A DNA stretch of 62,036 nt, counting the filler, from Choristocarpus tenellus KU-1152 (Eukaryota; Protista; Phaeophyceae), in the NCBI GenBank assembly GCA_964200185.2. It is 10 parts of 10 records of this genome, joined end to end, with 100 filler letters (N's around TTAATTAATTAA, not from the genome) between each part and the next. Parts side by side here need not be neighbours in the genome. Positions count along the whole stretch, not along the records: positions 1 to 4,088 come from CAXNAD020016288.1; positions 4,189 to 7,224 come from CAXNAD020022784.1; positions 7,325 to 12,884 come from CAXNAD020010428.1; positions 12,985 to 16,122 come from CAXNAD020022043.1; 6 more parts are not named here. One strand, 5' to 3'. Under the pieces are notes generated by a model. The model ran no database searches, was not told the origin of the DNA, and saw only the letters and a program-made list of their open reading frames with translations. Numbering within the stretch: position 1 is the stretch's first letter; each line of letters begins with the position of its first letter. The position numbers were made by a program, and so were the translations under genes. Below, in pieces: positions 1 to 13,483 of this stretch.

Positions 1-2339
1 TGTTTGACCGAAACGGACGCCCCCTCACAAACCACCCCCCCCTCCCCAGATACTTTGGCCCAGACACACCACAACAATGTGTAACTCATACGAATTCAGG
101 TTTCGACAATGCAGACAAAAGTATACAACAATAGAGTATAAATATGGAGTGTCATACAGCAAGATTCTCCCCCTTTGGAACTACAAACATCACTGAATAT
201 TGATGCAAAATCATAATAGAATTGATATAGGGTAATGCCATAGAAAGATTCTTTCCCCTTCAGAACTACAAACATAAACAAATACAAGCAAAAAAAATGT
301 CTCACAGCCACATAGAAATTGAGTACTGTCATAGAAAGACTCTCCTCTCATTTAACGAAATTCGGTAGGGTTTGTGGTCCACTCATCCATACGTAACAAT
401 CCCCCCCCCCTTAGTGGCACTTCCAGTGTGCTATTGTTCGTGGTCCCAAAGACTGGAAATATCTTGCTTGTCCTGCCCCCCTTTTATATCTCTCCCTCGA
501 CATACTCAGCCTGAGTATTGGGTCTCTATCCTTTCTCCTTGTGCCACACCTTGACAGGGGTACCTATGGGTCGCATGGAAAGAACACATTATGTTCCCTT
601 GGTCACCTGCGCTGAGTTGTGACTGATGAAACTGTTGGTTATTCCAGTACCTGAAACTGGTGATTGTGATGTAGGAGAAAGCGAATAGCAAGAGCACCAA
701 AGGACAACAAGAGTGACTATGTGGATCAGGCGGAACCTACTCTACAGAAAATGGAGACACGCGGAACATACAACAGTAATGTTGCCAGCACCCTTATACA
801 TAATCTCGAGGTCTACCCCTCATTAGAGGGACACTCTGAGGTTAAGGCCTAGGGCATAGGTCATTGATGCGACCCAGTGGACACAGCAAGGCGGTCCGCA
901 CTCTTGCCTAGCCTCAAGGTCGTAAACAGAGGCCCTGAAGTCGTGATCTGGAGTGCAGGTTATTGATGCGAACATGAATTAATGTCCTTGCTCATGGTCA
1001 CAAGGTCCGTCCCTCGCTGAGGGTGAGCCGCAGATTCGGCGATGCAGACCCTTTCCCCACAATTTGAGAGAGGTGGAGATGGAGATGAGCCCATGGCATC
1101 CCAGGGAGCTAACAAAAGTTCCTCGTGGTCAGCTGAGGTTTCTCTCCAGTTTGAAAAGACGAGGTAGGGCCTTCATGCTACAAAATACCCCGCTAGGTTA
1201 CCATGATGAGATACATAGCTCCAATCCACAGGGGTGTATGTGGACCACGAAGCTCGTAGAGGGCACCGTAAAGGAAGTTTTTACAAACATGTTGGATTTC
1301 TCGCTTTGACTATTCACTTTATCGAGTTAAAAGGGGTATATCTAGGACTGGACATACATGTACCACCTCTATGTGTAATCAAAATGACTACTCGGAGTAG
1401 ATGGTAAAGAAGTATAAACTATAGAAACTAGGACATCAAGGTCATAATGGCGTTTATGAAACCACCATTAAGACACATTGCCTGTGACACACATCCCATA
1501 CCCATGCTACTATTCTGGACTCTGGCCACTCCTCTAACAGTCCCTTCAATCTCACTACATGCCTTCTGGCAACGCAATTATCATAGCCTCTGTGTCAATT
1601 TTCCATCTGACTCCTATTTGTATGGTATTCCACCCTATAAGCTTTTAAGCCGACAGGATGGGGGGTTCACCTCCTTTCCTAGAGTCTAGCAGTTGAATGT
1701 GGTCAGAGACTAAGGAATTCGACGCTAATTGTAATCTCACCTACCTTATTTGCAACTTTTGGCGAACATTGTTCGTTTTTTGCCAGTCCCTCATCATTTA
1801 CCCTCCTGAGTCAAACTAACTGAGAGGTAGGCAGGGTTGCATTTTAAGGATCCCAAACAAGGATGAAAATATGCCATTTTGTACAATTGCAGAAGAGTAT
1901 TCGCTTCATTGTGGTGTCAATTTGTGTGTGAAACGGAGGAACAAAAAAAATGCATTAAATTGAGTTTATTGGACAGGGTAAAAAATATTAGTTGGAACTC
2001 AAAAGGGTCCAAAACTGCACTGTTTCTCAATCGGTTTGGCTCTCTCTTTGCACCCATTCTTCCTCCTGCCATCATTTCCACCAGTCATCACAACGAACTC
2101 CAATTTCTAGGCTATTGTCCTTGCAACGAGAGAATTTTATCCTCGACTTCTTCCTCTCGCCGTCAATGGTCGATGACACAGTGTCATTTAATGTGGGCCC
2201 ATGTGGATCAGGACTTCCCGGAGTCTGACATCCCAATGAGTAGAAAACATTGGTGATATTGGTTTCGGGATCCATACCCTTATCATCGCTTCAAGGATCG
2301 AGATCAGATTGTCCTCTTTCATATATTGGTGGTCATAGC

Positions 2340-3850
2340 TCTACTTGCTCCTTCCGAATTTTTTAGCATTCCCTTCTCATTTCTCACCATATCCTGTGCT
2401 GAGCCATGTTCCACTCTTCTCTACAGGAATTCGACCACACAAGAGGTTGTCCAACAGCTTTGTCCTTTCCTGGCTAGAAGGGGGGGTAACCAGCCTAAGA
2501 CAAGGAGATCACAGAAATGGAGGATGATTGTAGAGACGAAACAGTGTTTGATAAGGTTTAGGAAGGGGAGGAGAACCGATGAGATTGAGGCTAGGTTTCT
2601 CAATCTTCTTTCTAGCAAGGGCATCAGAATTATGGGCGTATGATGAGGGAGTGGGGGTGCACAAGGACTTTGGTGCACAAGGATTTTGAAATGAAAAGGA
2701 GAGACGTGGTGTTGAGGAAGGGAATAGCCAGACTGGAGTAGAAGGTTAGACACTAGGCAGAGAAAGCAGAGGGGACATTCAAAGGGTCAAGAGAATACCG
2801 GGGTATGAAGGGAGCAGTATTGAAGAGGTACAAAGTCGAAGGGCAGGGGAGTGAGGAGAGTATAGGGGTTTCAAGGTTGTGGTAGCAATAATGCAATTCT
2901 TTCCAGACCTGCCACCTCATGCCCTGTTAATGACATATGGGGATGGTGAGAAGTGTAAGGTGATTGCGAGAGGTCAGGCAACGTGTGTCCTGAGGAGGAT
3001 AGCGAGGGAACTCAAGTTGAGACCGGAGGAGTATGGTTGACATTCGGGCAGGATAGGGGCATCAATGAGGATGGCAACAACGAGGGTACCGAAAATAGTG
3101 ATAAAGAGGGAAGGAAGGTGGATGTCTGGGGCGTTTATGGTGTATGTTAGGCCCAACCAAAGAGACAGGGTATATGGGTATCGAAGGGTTTGACAGAGAG
3201 AAGGAAGTAGGTGCAACTGTGAATAGATATAGCCATCAACTCAAAGAGGAGTTAAAGTTCGGGTGGGGTAGATATGCTACAGTTCAATGGCACGGTATTG
3301 GAGCGGATGATAGAGGTGTGTTCTTGGATTAATGTGGAGTGGTGTGGTGTGAAAAATTGTAAAAAGTGGTGGAAAGTGTTGTGGAAGGTGGTATGGATTT
3401 GCGGAAACTGGTGGCATTGGTTGGTGTCTGGAAATCAGTGGCGAAGATTGGTTGCACTGGTTGGTCATTGGATACGCGGAACGTGGTTGCATTGGTTGGT
3501 GACCAGAAACCAGTGGCGAAGATTGACCGCAATTGCTGATCACTGGATACTAAACAGAGTTGGCTACTGTGATTGTTGGCTGGAGATAAGGATTTGGCGG
3601 CATAGTTTGTGGGGTAACAAGGATAGTGTGGGGAGGGAAGTAAGAAGTGTTGTTACACTGGTAGAGGAGGAGGAGAGAGGATGGATGGCTAAAAAGAGGC
3701 ACATTTTTGATCCAAAACTGGTAAGGAAAGTAAGACTTCCCCTCATTGGGAGAGGGTCAATTCCTTTGGTAGGAGTACTTTGCAAATACTCATACAATCG
3801 TTTGACTGATTGGATTCAACTACTACTGAATAACAGTAGTAGTTCATAAG
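2340..3850 (-). mobile_element. Probable highly decayed retroelement (gag-like, low-complexity P/S/T/H-rich) remnant
   Basis: Strongly strand-biased sequence with many short broken P/S/T/H-rich ORFs on the minus strand and an internal 75-bp tandem duplication; no intact diagnostic domain seen. Confidence 0.25.
3401..3550. repeat. Imperfect 75-bp tandem duplication (2 copies)
   Basis: gcggaa...cattggttggtg...gaaa(t/c)cagtggcgaagattg...ca(t/c)tggatac occurs at 3401-3475 and 3476-3550. Confidence 0.85.
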
Positions 3851-4088
3851 ACTAGAATTTTTTTTAAAATTTCGGAACAGGTGTACGAGTCCTTTCAACG
3901 TGTTATGGTGTAGGATAAGTGATAACTGAGAAGTGTAAGTATTATATTATTATGCCCTCTGACATTTTGCAGATGTGTCAGGGGGAAACCAATGAAAACT
4001 GTATGCAGAGGTACAGGCCACCTCCCACCTCACCCATTCACCCGCCAGCAATGGTGTAGCTGCTGCTGCAGCCGAGGCGCGAAAGCGC

Positions 4089-4188
4089 NNNNNNNNNNNN
4101 NNNNNNNNNNNNNNNNNNNNNNNNNNNNNNNNTTAATTAATTAANNNNNNNNNNNNNNNNNNNNNNNNNNNNNNNNNNNNNNNNNNNN
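4089..4188. other. Artificial contig linker N44-TTAATTAATTAA-N44
   Basis: Identical 100-bp spacer with stop codons in all six frames; also at 7225-7324, 12885-12984, 16123-16222, 23130-23229, 26461-26560, 33929-34028, 41464-41563, 59373-59472. Confidence 0.98.
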
Positions 4189-7100
4189 CAAAGTAGGGTA
4201 GGGTTTTTACTGTTCACCTGTAGTACCTGACTTCTTGTGTGTTGCTAAAATGACAAGACCACTGTACACAATATATGCTATTACATGTATAGAATTGATT
4301 CTCTTGTATTGTTCTATGCTTTTCATAGTCAATTCAACCCTTTGATGCTAGAATAGTACACATTCAGAATAACCATCTGAGAGATCTGTATAACATCGTG
4401 CTCATGTGTTACTAGGTACTATTCCAGTGGATCTAGGCAAGCTCAGTGCGCTTGAAAAGCTCTCCCTCTCTTCCAACCAGCTCATTGGTGAGTTTTTGTG
4501 GTCGGATTTAACCCTCTTGGTGGGCAGAACGCTGTGTTGGGCATACAATTTTGATTTTCTGGTTGATGTGATCATTTAGTATCAGTTACGACTTTTTGAT
4601 TTTACCTTTTGTGTAACACATGTAACTAGCAGTGTGGTTATTGTTAGGTTTTGTTTGGATTGTGACTTCTATGCATTGAATTGTTGCAAGTGCTCCATAA
4701 CCCTACTCCATAATTTTGTTCTAGCACTGGCAAGACATCTTTAACCGTAGAAAATCTAAGCCTTCAACTCACCTCCTTTCTTAAACCCACTAGCGTTTTT
4801 TAGTAAGGTATCCATTAGCAAGAAACTACATGAAAAATGGGGTAAAGATATACCACCAATCAAATATACCTACCTTTGCTCAAACTCACCTTTTTGTTTT
4901 TGAGGATTGGGAAAGTCAATCAACTCTAACCTTGAAACTGACCCTGACTCTAAACCATGAACAGTTGTTGTACTAATATTGAGAGAACAAAATGCACCAA
5001 CCTTACATCATCTGCTCTACCCCAAGTGCACTTTTTTAAACCCACATTGAATCTGGCGTCAATATGGGGGGTTTTAGGTTAAGGATTTACACTGGATCAT
5101 GAGAAAAAAAAGTATCCCCAGAAAATGCTAGCGAAAAATCTTATTTTTACATATTGTTTACAGCATGCATTATATATTTTTTCAACTATTGTAAAAAAAC
5201 AACGAGCTCTACCTTGATCCATTAAAATTGATACAGCTGATGAACAAGATGATACGTAGATCTGGAAAAAATGTATGCACCCAAAATGCCCGATCTACCT
5301 CAAAGTTGCCTGTTAATCTACCTTTATGTGTTAGTATTTTATGTAGTCAGAAATTAATGTGATCAAAATGAAAAGGTTTTCCCCTCAGCGTATTGTTTTC
5401 GTTTTAAAGTTCCACAATATGTCAGCTCTTCCCAAACCTTAACTCTTACAAAATTCCATTTCTGTCCTTGAACTTAACTCCCACTCCATGTTTTGGAACA
5501 AATTGCTTCTGGTAAACAAAATGTGAATATCAATGACTGACCTTGAAAACTCTGTTGTCCTCTACAGTTATATCTATCTCCAAAATCAAGAAATCAGATG
5601 TATCCTGAACCTACCCAATTCTTTGTTTTGTCTGCACTTAATTTTTTATGTTGCAAAAAAGGGAAATAAAGAAAAATGATATTATAATAGTATACAAAAT
5701 AAGAAATTATTTTTCTCAAGAAAAGTGTAGAGTTGTAGTTATATATTGCAGGAGAGAATACAGAATTTACAATTTTCAGGAGGTAACTCCCAAAAGATGG
5801 ATTCCATTTTTTAAAACTTATCTATTGAATCTTTTTTTCCCAAATAGTAGCACTACAACATCCCCGTTGACCCTTCATCCTTCCCTTTCTTGAAGTATAT
5901 TTCTCACGTTTTATCAACACTCATCTCTCCCAACGAAAAAAATTAGAATATTAGTCGACAGGAACATACGTACCAACCATAAAAATCCCGTTCTACCCTG
6001 ACTCTATCTTTGCCTTTTTGTTTTAAACAACCCACTTGTAGAAATCAGAACACTTCTTGCAAAAAATAGATATGGAATATATATAAACACATCTCAAAAC
6101 TAGGGGGGAAAATTAAAGAAATCAGTAACAATGGCCAGTCTTATCATTTGACCTTATCATTTTGTATATATTTTAGACTATGGAGATTAGAGGGAAAAAC
6201 TCTTAACTCCTGTATGCCTTGACCAAAAAGAACATCACTTCTAGTTTGAAAGAGGATAGACAAAATATGTATCAGATCAGTGACCAAACATTAGTTCTGC
6301 CCTGCAACGTAAATCGTTTTAGAAACACCCCCAAATTAAAACCTCTAAAAAGTAATTTTAGTCAAAAACACAGATGGAAAAATATGGCACAAAACCCCCC
6401 CCTAGGTAGCTCTTCGCTTCTCTGATATCTATCATTCCTTACTTTTTCCATTCAAGGTGCCAGTTCTTTTTTTGATTTTAAATTTGTTTCAGTTCAGTTC
6501 GTCCAAATAACCGAAAATGTGAAAAGTGTGATGGAACAAGAATGTAGTTTTCTCGTCTGTGGGGGTCCTCTACCTTTTCTCCATGTTGGAGTACTTTTGC
6601 CATGTCCACCTTGAACGGCAGTCTCAGTTTAGCTTCATCCACGCTGGTGCATTTTAAAGGTGCATGTAAATGTTACAAGCAGAATGATGGATAATGTAAA
6701 CTATTTTCTGACCCTACAACCACAATTTTCACACACACACACCCTCAAGAAAATTGAAGTCAACAACTTCAAGTGTCGAAAATTCCCAATATGCACAGAA
6801 AAACCGGGGAGTGAAGAGGCCACTTTATTCTAAACTACCTCGTTCTAGAATTTTCGTTTGTTCTTCAATTCTCGCCAAACATCAAAATATAGACGAAACA
6901 AATTCCATTATTTTTGTCTCTAAATATATTTCTTGTGTGTTTTACGTGCTATCACTGCAGCAATGAAGAGGATTCACTCACTGTTCAAGGTTTTATTACA
7001 ATTAACTGTTAAACACATTAAAATGTGCAGAAAAACACCCACACAACCAACTGCTACTTTATTACCTCTTCAACACTAGCCAATAGAAAAAAAAGTATTT

Positions 7101-7744
7101 TTTGATAGTCTGGCTAACATGTAAAGATCAATGTCCACAATATATACTACATACATGTAAAAGAAGTGATTCTCTCGTAGTGTGTTCTGCATACCACATT
7201 CAGGTCAACATTTTCATGCAAGAANNNNNNNNNNNNNNNNNNNNNNNNNNNNNNNNNNNNNNNNNNNNTTAATTAATTAANNNNNNNNNNNNNNNNNNNN
7301 NNNNNNNNNNNNNNNNNNNNNNNNCCAAATACTTTGACCCAGGTATGTTAGTGGTACACAGTACACTGTCAAACCAATCCACTGATCCTCCCAACATCCA
7401 TTAAATGGAAATTTTCAATTTGTCATCAAATTCGTCAACCAAGAGATATTTTGGCTAGATTTGATACAATGCTGACAAAGCACGGGCAGTAGAGAGGGTA
7501 GTCATGAAGCCCGGGGTGCATGGGAGCAGATGCAATTGCGAAAATAGAGCCACAAACACACACACACACACACACACTAACACACACATACTGCAAGGGG
7601 CCTCACGCCCTCACACCCTCTAAAATTCACTCACTACAGAGTATCTCACGGTCTGATGAGTCTTCTTTTCCTTGGGTTCACAGTGCAGAAGTCTGGCCTG
7701 GACAATATCTTCAGGAAAAGAAACAAGAACGTGAAACATCCTAC

Positions 7745-9347
7745 CTGGCGAAAGTCCCATGGACTTGGTCTGAACGTACACCATGGCACCCGCCAGGGCA
7801 GCAGAAGCATAAATTTCAGCGTGGGAGTGCAAGATACGTGGTGGACGCTGGCAAATCCCAACCGTGGCAGGAGAAAGTTGCATGTGGAGGGGAGGGGAGG
7901 CGAGGAGCTAACATCAAGCGGTTCGATGCGAAAAATCTGCATCAAATATCGATCTGCATCAAATATCGATGATATAGCCCAAGAAGGACTGCATACAGAA
8001 GAAGCACCGCCAACCAACAGCTCCGAACCTTACATTGAAAAGTTCAGGTCATCGAACCTGCACTCAAGCACAGAAAAGAGTACTACTACAAAATTGCAAC
8101 ATGTCATGTGATCGCCTTGATACATGACTACGCTTGTGTGCGTCTGGTCGTTCCCGTTGTGGGAATTCATTCGAGCGTTTGAAACGCACCATCACCTCAC
8201 TTTCAGATGACGGCATGATACCGTTCTGATATTCAAACTAGCACAATTGTGCCCCTCACCTGGCACAGGACATCTCTGATCACGCCTCCGAAGGTTGCCG
8301 TGAACATTCCACAAGATACACAGACTGCCTTAGACAGGTTCTTATCGCGTGGAGTTGAAGAAGAGAGTCACAAGGGGAGGGGGTCATCAAAAGAAAAAGA
8401 AAAAGAAAAACACCGTTTTCGCATTTGTATGTGCACTCGAGGGCTACGGATGAGACAAAGCATGTCACAAGAGAGTTCCAACACCATGCAACCATGTTAA
8501 GTCAACTTTTTTGTACACACACTACTTGACGCGCACATACTTAAAGAGCTACCAATTGTAGAAATAATACAAACAATGCAGCGTTCACAAGAGTCAACAT
8601 GTTGCGTTTGACCCGCAGGCTCCCAACCGCCCAACCAACTCTCAATCCACTTCCCCTATGTGACAACAAAAAAACACACACACACACGCCTACACATCCC
8701 TACAAAATATATTACAAAAAAATATCCACGCCAGAGATGACTGTTGTGAATCACAGCAATCCAACCGCTAGAATTTCAATTGTTTATCTGCTGGTGAAGC
8801 TCAGCGATCGACTCACCGCGATTTGTGGTCCGAAATACTATCAAGGAAATTTTGAATACTATCAAGGAAATTTTAAATACTATCAAGAACGTTGAATCTT
8901 GCCAAGTCAACTCAACACACGCCCACATGGGATGAATACTCTGGATCCACTAGCACTACCCCAACTCCCTGCCTCTCCTCGGAGAGGGTAGATACAATAC
9001 TATAATACTATAATACTACAATACTACAATACATGGGGGGAAGCACTTACGAGACGTAAGCCATTCTGTGCACCAATGATGCAAAATGCTCCCACCCCCA
9101 GTGCATCGGCCCAGTTGAGCATCTCCATGTCATCCCTGATACCTAGAGACATAATAATACAGTTTTGATTGTCAATATGAAAAAAAAGGAATAAGCCACA
9201 GATATGTCTATACAGGATCTATCCTATTTTTTATCTACCAAGATGTTAGGGTAAGTGGCACTCATCACTACTCTCTATTGCTCTCTATTGAATTCCCCCT
9301 GTTACTAAGGGTTTCTTGAACTGGAAATAAGAAGTCAATCACACAAC

Positions 9348-9395
<48 letters not shown>

Positions 9396-10218
9396 TTGTC
9401 TGCAAAAAACAATGTAATCTTCAGAATGAAGGATTTTTTTGTCACTGGATACATAATGTCACAAACATCACAATCACCTATCTGAGGTACAAGTAGAACC
9501 CTTCAAAAGGTAAGTAAATATGTATGTACATGTAACGCAAGATGAGCATTGTAGTGACATATATATTGAAACCAACAATCCTGGCGACACCACTCTTGAC
9601 GACAAAACACCATGGGAGGCTTTTCCATTCATATAGGCAATCAATTTGCTACTAGCCCCCCCCCAGAGCCTTCCACAGCTCTGAAAAGGTACACGGATGC
9701 CATACATAATCCCAGTTCCTAAAGCACCTTGCTGTTCAAGCCTCTTTGTCATTGAAACCTTTCGAGCTAGGTCAAAGAAGGTACCCAATAGTGACTATCG
9801 CCAAACAGGTCCTTCCCAATCAAAACCCTTCATTCTCTGAGAAACCTCTCACAGTCCAACCCCCCAATACAAGCACCATCTGTGGCCTCTTAAAAGGGCG
9901 TCTCATTTATTTTCTTTTGCATAAAGCAATTGAAATGGCGACATTCAGGAAGAAGATTGTTAGTACCACTGGCGAGATCATCGTTCACGTTCATGCTCCC
10001 TTCTAGCAAAGTGGTTGATGTAACATATATACATAATGTAACACATACACATATAAAATAAAATTGAATATAGAAGATAAGAAATCAATAGCTGCGTAGC
10101 AATACACTCTATATGCTGGTGATTTGTTACAAAATAACATTCATCACAAAAAAAAAAAACGGTCTCTCGTGAACCTCCCAGTCAATCATCAAATCACATA
10201 GTCTCTCTAACCCTAACC

Positions 10219-10254
<36 letters not shown>

Positions 10255-10333
10255 AAACATTANNNNNNNNNNAAAAAAAAGGTCCTCGCGAGACACGCCG
10301 AAAAAACAAAAAAACAACAAATTCCCAAAACCC

Positions 10334-10367
<34 letters not shown>

Positions 10368-11786
10368 AATCTCTGACTTTATCTCTGGTGAACATCCAAA
10401 ATCCAAAAAGGATGAAACACTTTACCCATTACGGCTTTTCCACTACAGCAACGAAAACTGTTAAGAGAAAACAATTCCAAGCTTTCGCCAAATCAAAACC
10501 CTAAGCCCTCACTCAACAAGAGCACGATCTCCAACAACAAAAAAAGTGAGTCGCGTCCGTTTCCCAATGAATGGAATGATTGAGCAAGTTATAATGACTG
10601 CATTCCAGAACCTTGTCGGCAACACCTGTGGACTCCTCTGAGGACAAAAGCCCAAAACAGAACGGAAAAATAAAATAAATAATAAAAATAAATAAATAAA
10701 AAATCCGGCGCAAACCACTCCACTCCACTTGTCATTGCCTACCATGATTTTATTTATTTTGTGCACCTTCTGATGACACAGTTGGAAGGCTGTTGCAAGC
10801 CATGGGGCAGCAGGGTTTCCTGCGCACAAGGCGGTAGAAATGGACACATATTTCTTCACCTGCATGAGTCGTTCTAGAAATCAACCCTATCCCTCTCGCC
10901 GCAGTGGTGTTGTAGATCAATCCTTTCTTTGACAAAAAGCCTTCCTAATAGTAACAAAATACAACTCACCGACACAAGCGCACGCACCCACCCGGAAGTA
11001 GTGCTCAAGGACACAAAAAAAAACAATTTGTTACAAACATGGCTTTTTCTCCCCCCATCTCTATCAAGTGTTCCTATAAACGCATAAAATAATAATAATA
11101 ATTACAACAATAATAATAACAATAACAATAATAATAACACCTTACCGTAGACTGAAACAAAACTCAAAAAGAATTTATTTTTTCCATAAAAAAATAATAA
11201 TAGGAACACTTCGCCGTAGACTGAAACAAAACTCAAAAAGACTTTATTTTTTTCATGCTTCTTGAAGAAAAAAGGGGATTCTGTGATGTAACCCAGAACA
11301 ACAGTTCTGATTGGTCAACGACCGCTCCCCAAATCTGATTCTTAGACCAGTGTTCTGCTACAACTTGAGGTGATGTTGCAGAGTAGATTGCTACCCCTTG
11401 TCTAGCAAAACACCAAAAAAAAATAGAGTTCGCGAGCATCTTTTTTTTTTCTTCTAATTTGTAATTTATTTTTTTTAATTTTTCTGAAGGGCGCACGAGT
11501 CGAGAGAGGTGGTAGAGAGTGATCCCAAGTAGAAGCAGAACAAAAAAGAATTAAAAAAAATTAAAGAAAAGTATTTAAAAAAAAAGAAAACATGAATTAT
11601 TATTACACACCCTTTTCTACACCCCAGACCACACACTCCGTCAGATCAGAAAGGGCCACTCAATTCCGTGTGGCACAAGAATCACATATGTAACATTATG
11701 TATGTAACATTATGTAACATTTGGAGCGCATATGTAAGAAACCCTAACCCTAACCCTAACCCTAACCCAAAGAAAAAAAAAAGTAT

Positions 11787-11822
<36 letters not shown>

Positions 11823-12080
11823 TTTTGCTATGTGTCTGCCCAGAAAACTTTGCACAATAGCACAGAAGGGGTATGGCAAGTGCAACCAAACAACCAGAGC
11901 AGCAAATCTTCTCACCATGTTGAGACAGGTAGGACCAGGTGAAGAACACTGCAATTGCCGTTGCGATGCACATCCAGAGGTACTCCGACTCTTGCATCCA
12001 GAACACCGGCCTGTTTCCAAGCAAGAGATCTCTTACCGTCCCTCCCCCCACGGCCGTGATGGTTGCCACAATTGTGCAAC
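7745..12080 (-). CDS. UPF0126/TRIC-like (glycine transporter family) membrane protein, partial; exons 12080-11916, 9142-9051, 8340-8260, 7847-7745
   Basis: GT-AG exons join in phase: CTIVATITAVGGGTVRDLLLGNRPVFW...WADALGVGAFCIIGAQNG...GMFTATFGGVIRDVLCQRPPRILHSHAEIYASAALAGA. Two GGxxRD repeats plus EIYA are typical of UPF0126. First and last exons not found on this contig. Confidence 0.9.
8836..8896. repeat. 21-bp minisatellite, about 3 copies (tactatcaaggaaatttt(g/a)aa)
   Basis: Seen directly, intronic. Confidence 0.85.
11741..11768. repeat. Interstitial telomere-like (CCCTAA)n repeat
   Basis: accctaaccctaaccctaaccctaaccc; similar short arrays at about 23809-23840 and 34649-34667, degenerate ones at about 24087-24150 and 57934-58102. 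Confidence 0.85.
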
Positions 12081-12813
12081 CTAGAAAGAAAAAAAAAAGG
12101 ATAAAAAAAAGGAAGAGAAAAAAAAAGGAAATATTTATTTTGTGTGTGTGTGTGTATAGGGTAGCACTTTCAGAAATCTCCTCTCATGGAGTTAAATCTC
12201 TTCTTGGAGTTCAGCATGATCTCAAGTTGTCTATACACACGATTCTCTCAAGCCCAAGCAGGGACAAGCGGAGATTGTCGAGACAAGCTTGCTTGACACA
12301 TGGCACTACTGCTTCTGCTGCTACTACTACCATTACCACAACTAGTAATAATAAAAATAATACTACTACTAATAATAATAATAATAACGATAAAAATAAT
12401 AATACCAATACTACGCTACACAATACTTTGTATTATTTATTTATTTTTGTTACTATTTTGCAACAAAATGTAAGTTAATGTTCTATATACTGAAGGCTGA
12501 AAAAAATTCAATGCCCTACCAATGCTCTGGGATAAACACCATCTCCTGACTCCTCCAACAACAAAAAAACACTGCATGTATATCTATAATCAGGTTCTTT
12601 GCTGCTTGAAGGAGAGTGAGCTACGAAGAAGTGAAGAGGCAATGCAACTGCGCTAGTTATTACCCAACCCTAACCCCTAACTCACATCAAACCACACACG
12701 CAGGAAGGTGTTCTCAGCACCATGATACACAGTCCTGTTATGCTACAGAACAACCGAATACACCTGGCGGTGTCCAATCTGGAATTAAGGCACACTGAAA
12801 AAGAAAAAAAAAT

Positions 12814-12870
<57 letters not shown>

Positions 12871-13471
12871 TACTCCACCCCACCNNNNNNNNNNNNNNNN
12901 NNNNNNNNNNNNNNNNNNNNNNNNNNNNTTAATTAATTAANNNNNNNNNNNNNNNNNNNNNNNNNNNNNNNNNNNNNNNNNNNNGTGCTTTGCAGCACAA
13001 TCACACCTTACATAACATAGACTACGCATATTACTCATCGGTGCTTCGCAACACTATGATTCCTCGTCGCTAGTAGTCTACCCATTTTGCTTACATGTAT
13101 GATGCATTCGATTCAGGTTTCTACACTGTGCAAAATAAGACAATGGTGAGGTGTACCTTAATTTGTGTATGAGAGATAGTCATTTTGATTAAGTCCATGT
13201 GATGTAACTAATGAGGAAGTACATCAGAATTATGAATGGAACATGTATAGGTTTTGTTGATTTGAATTCAACTGCTTTGATTTAATTGTTGACTTCTGTA
13301 GGAAGCACAAATAATAATAAAACAAGCAATGAGAAGAGACCCCACAAAAGTCACTCTTCTAATTTCAACAATCCATTCTTTTTCACGTTCAGTAAAGGGG
13401 TCGTGTGAGGCTTCACACCCTCTTATTTTCACTACCGAGAAATAGAATTACCTCCCAAGGTAATTTGCACA

Positions 13472-13483
13472 GGTTATGAACCT
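13472..13483 (+). promoter_or_regulatory. Primer-binding site complementary to the anticodon arm of initiator tRNA-Met (half-tRNA priming)
   Basis: GGTTATGAACC directly after ...gcaCA; one mismatch to GGTTATGAGCC, the anticodon-arm PBS type used by Drosophila copia, Ty5 and Osser. Confidence 0.7.

Noticed and set aside
1420-1480. HQGHNGVYET resembling an integrase zinc-binding motif
   Set aside because: Too short, surrounded by stops, no downstream CxxC or DDE core
3401-3550. This and the duplications at 11145-11252, 32155-32372 and 38628-38822 as CRISPR-like arrays
   Set aside because: Only two diverged copies each, no repeat-spacer periodicity, no cas genes, eukaryotic context
6564-6643. 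Possible terminal exon of the UPF0126 gene (VDEAKLRLPFKVDMAKVLQHGEK, minus strand)
   Set aside because: On a different contig, lacks the expected last transmembrane helix and the phase does not match
11668-12940. ORFs rich in NPNP, THTH, poly-N, poly-K and poly-P
   Set aside because: Translations of microsatellites and homopolymers inside introns
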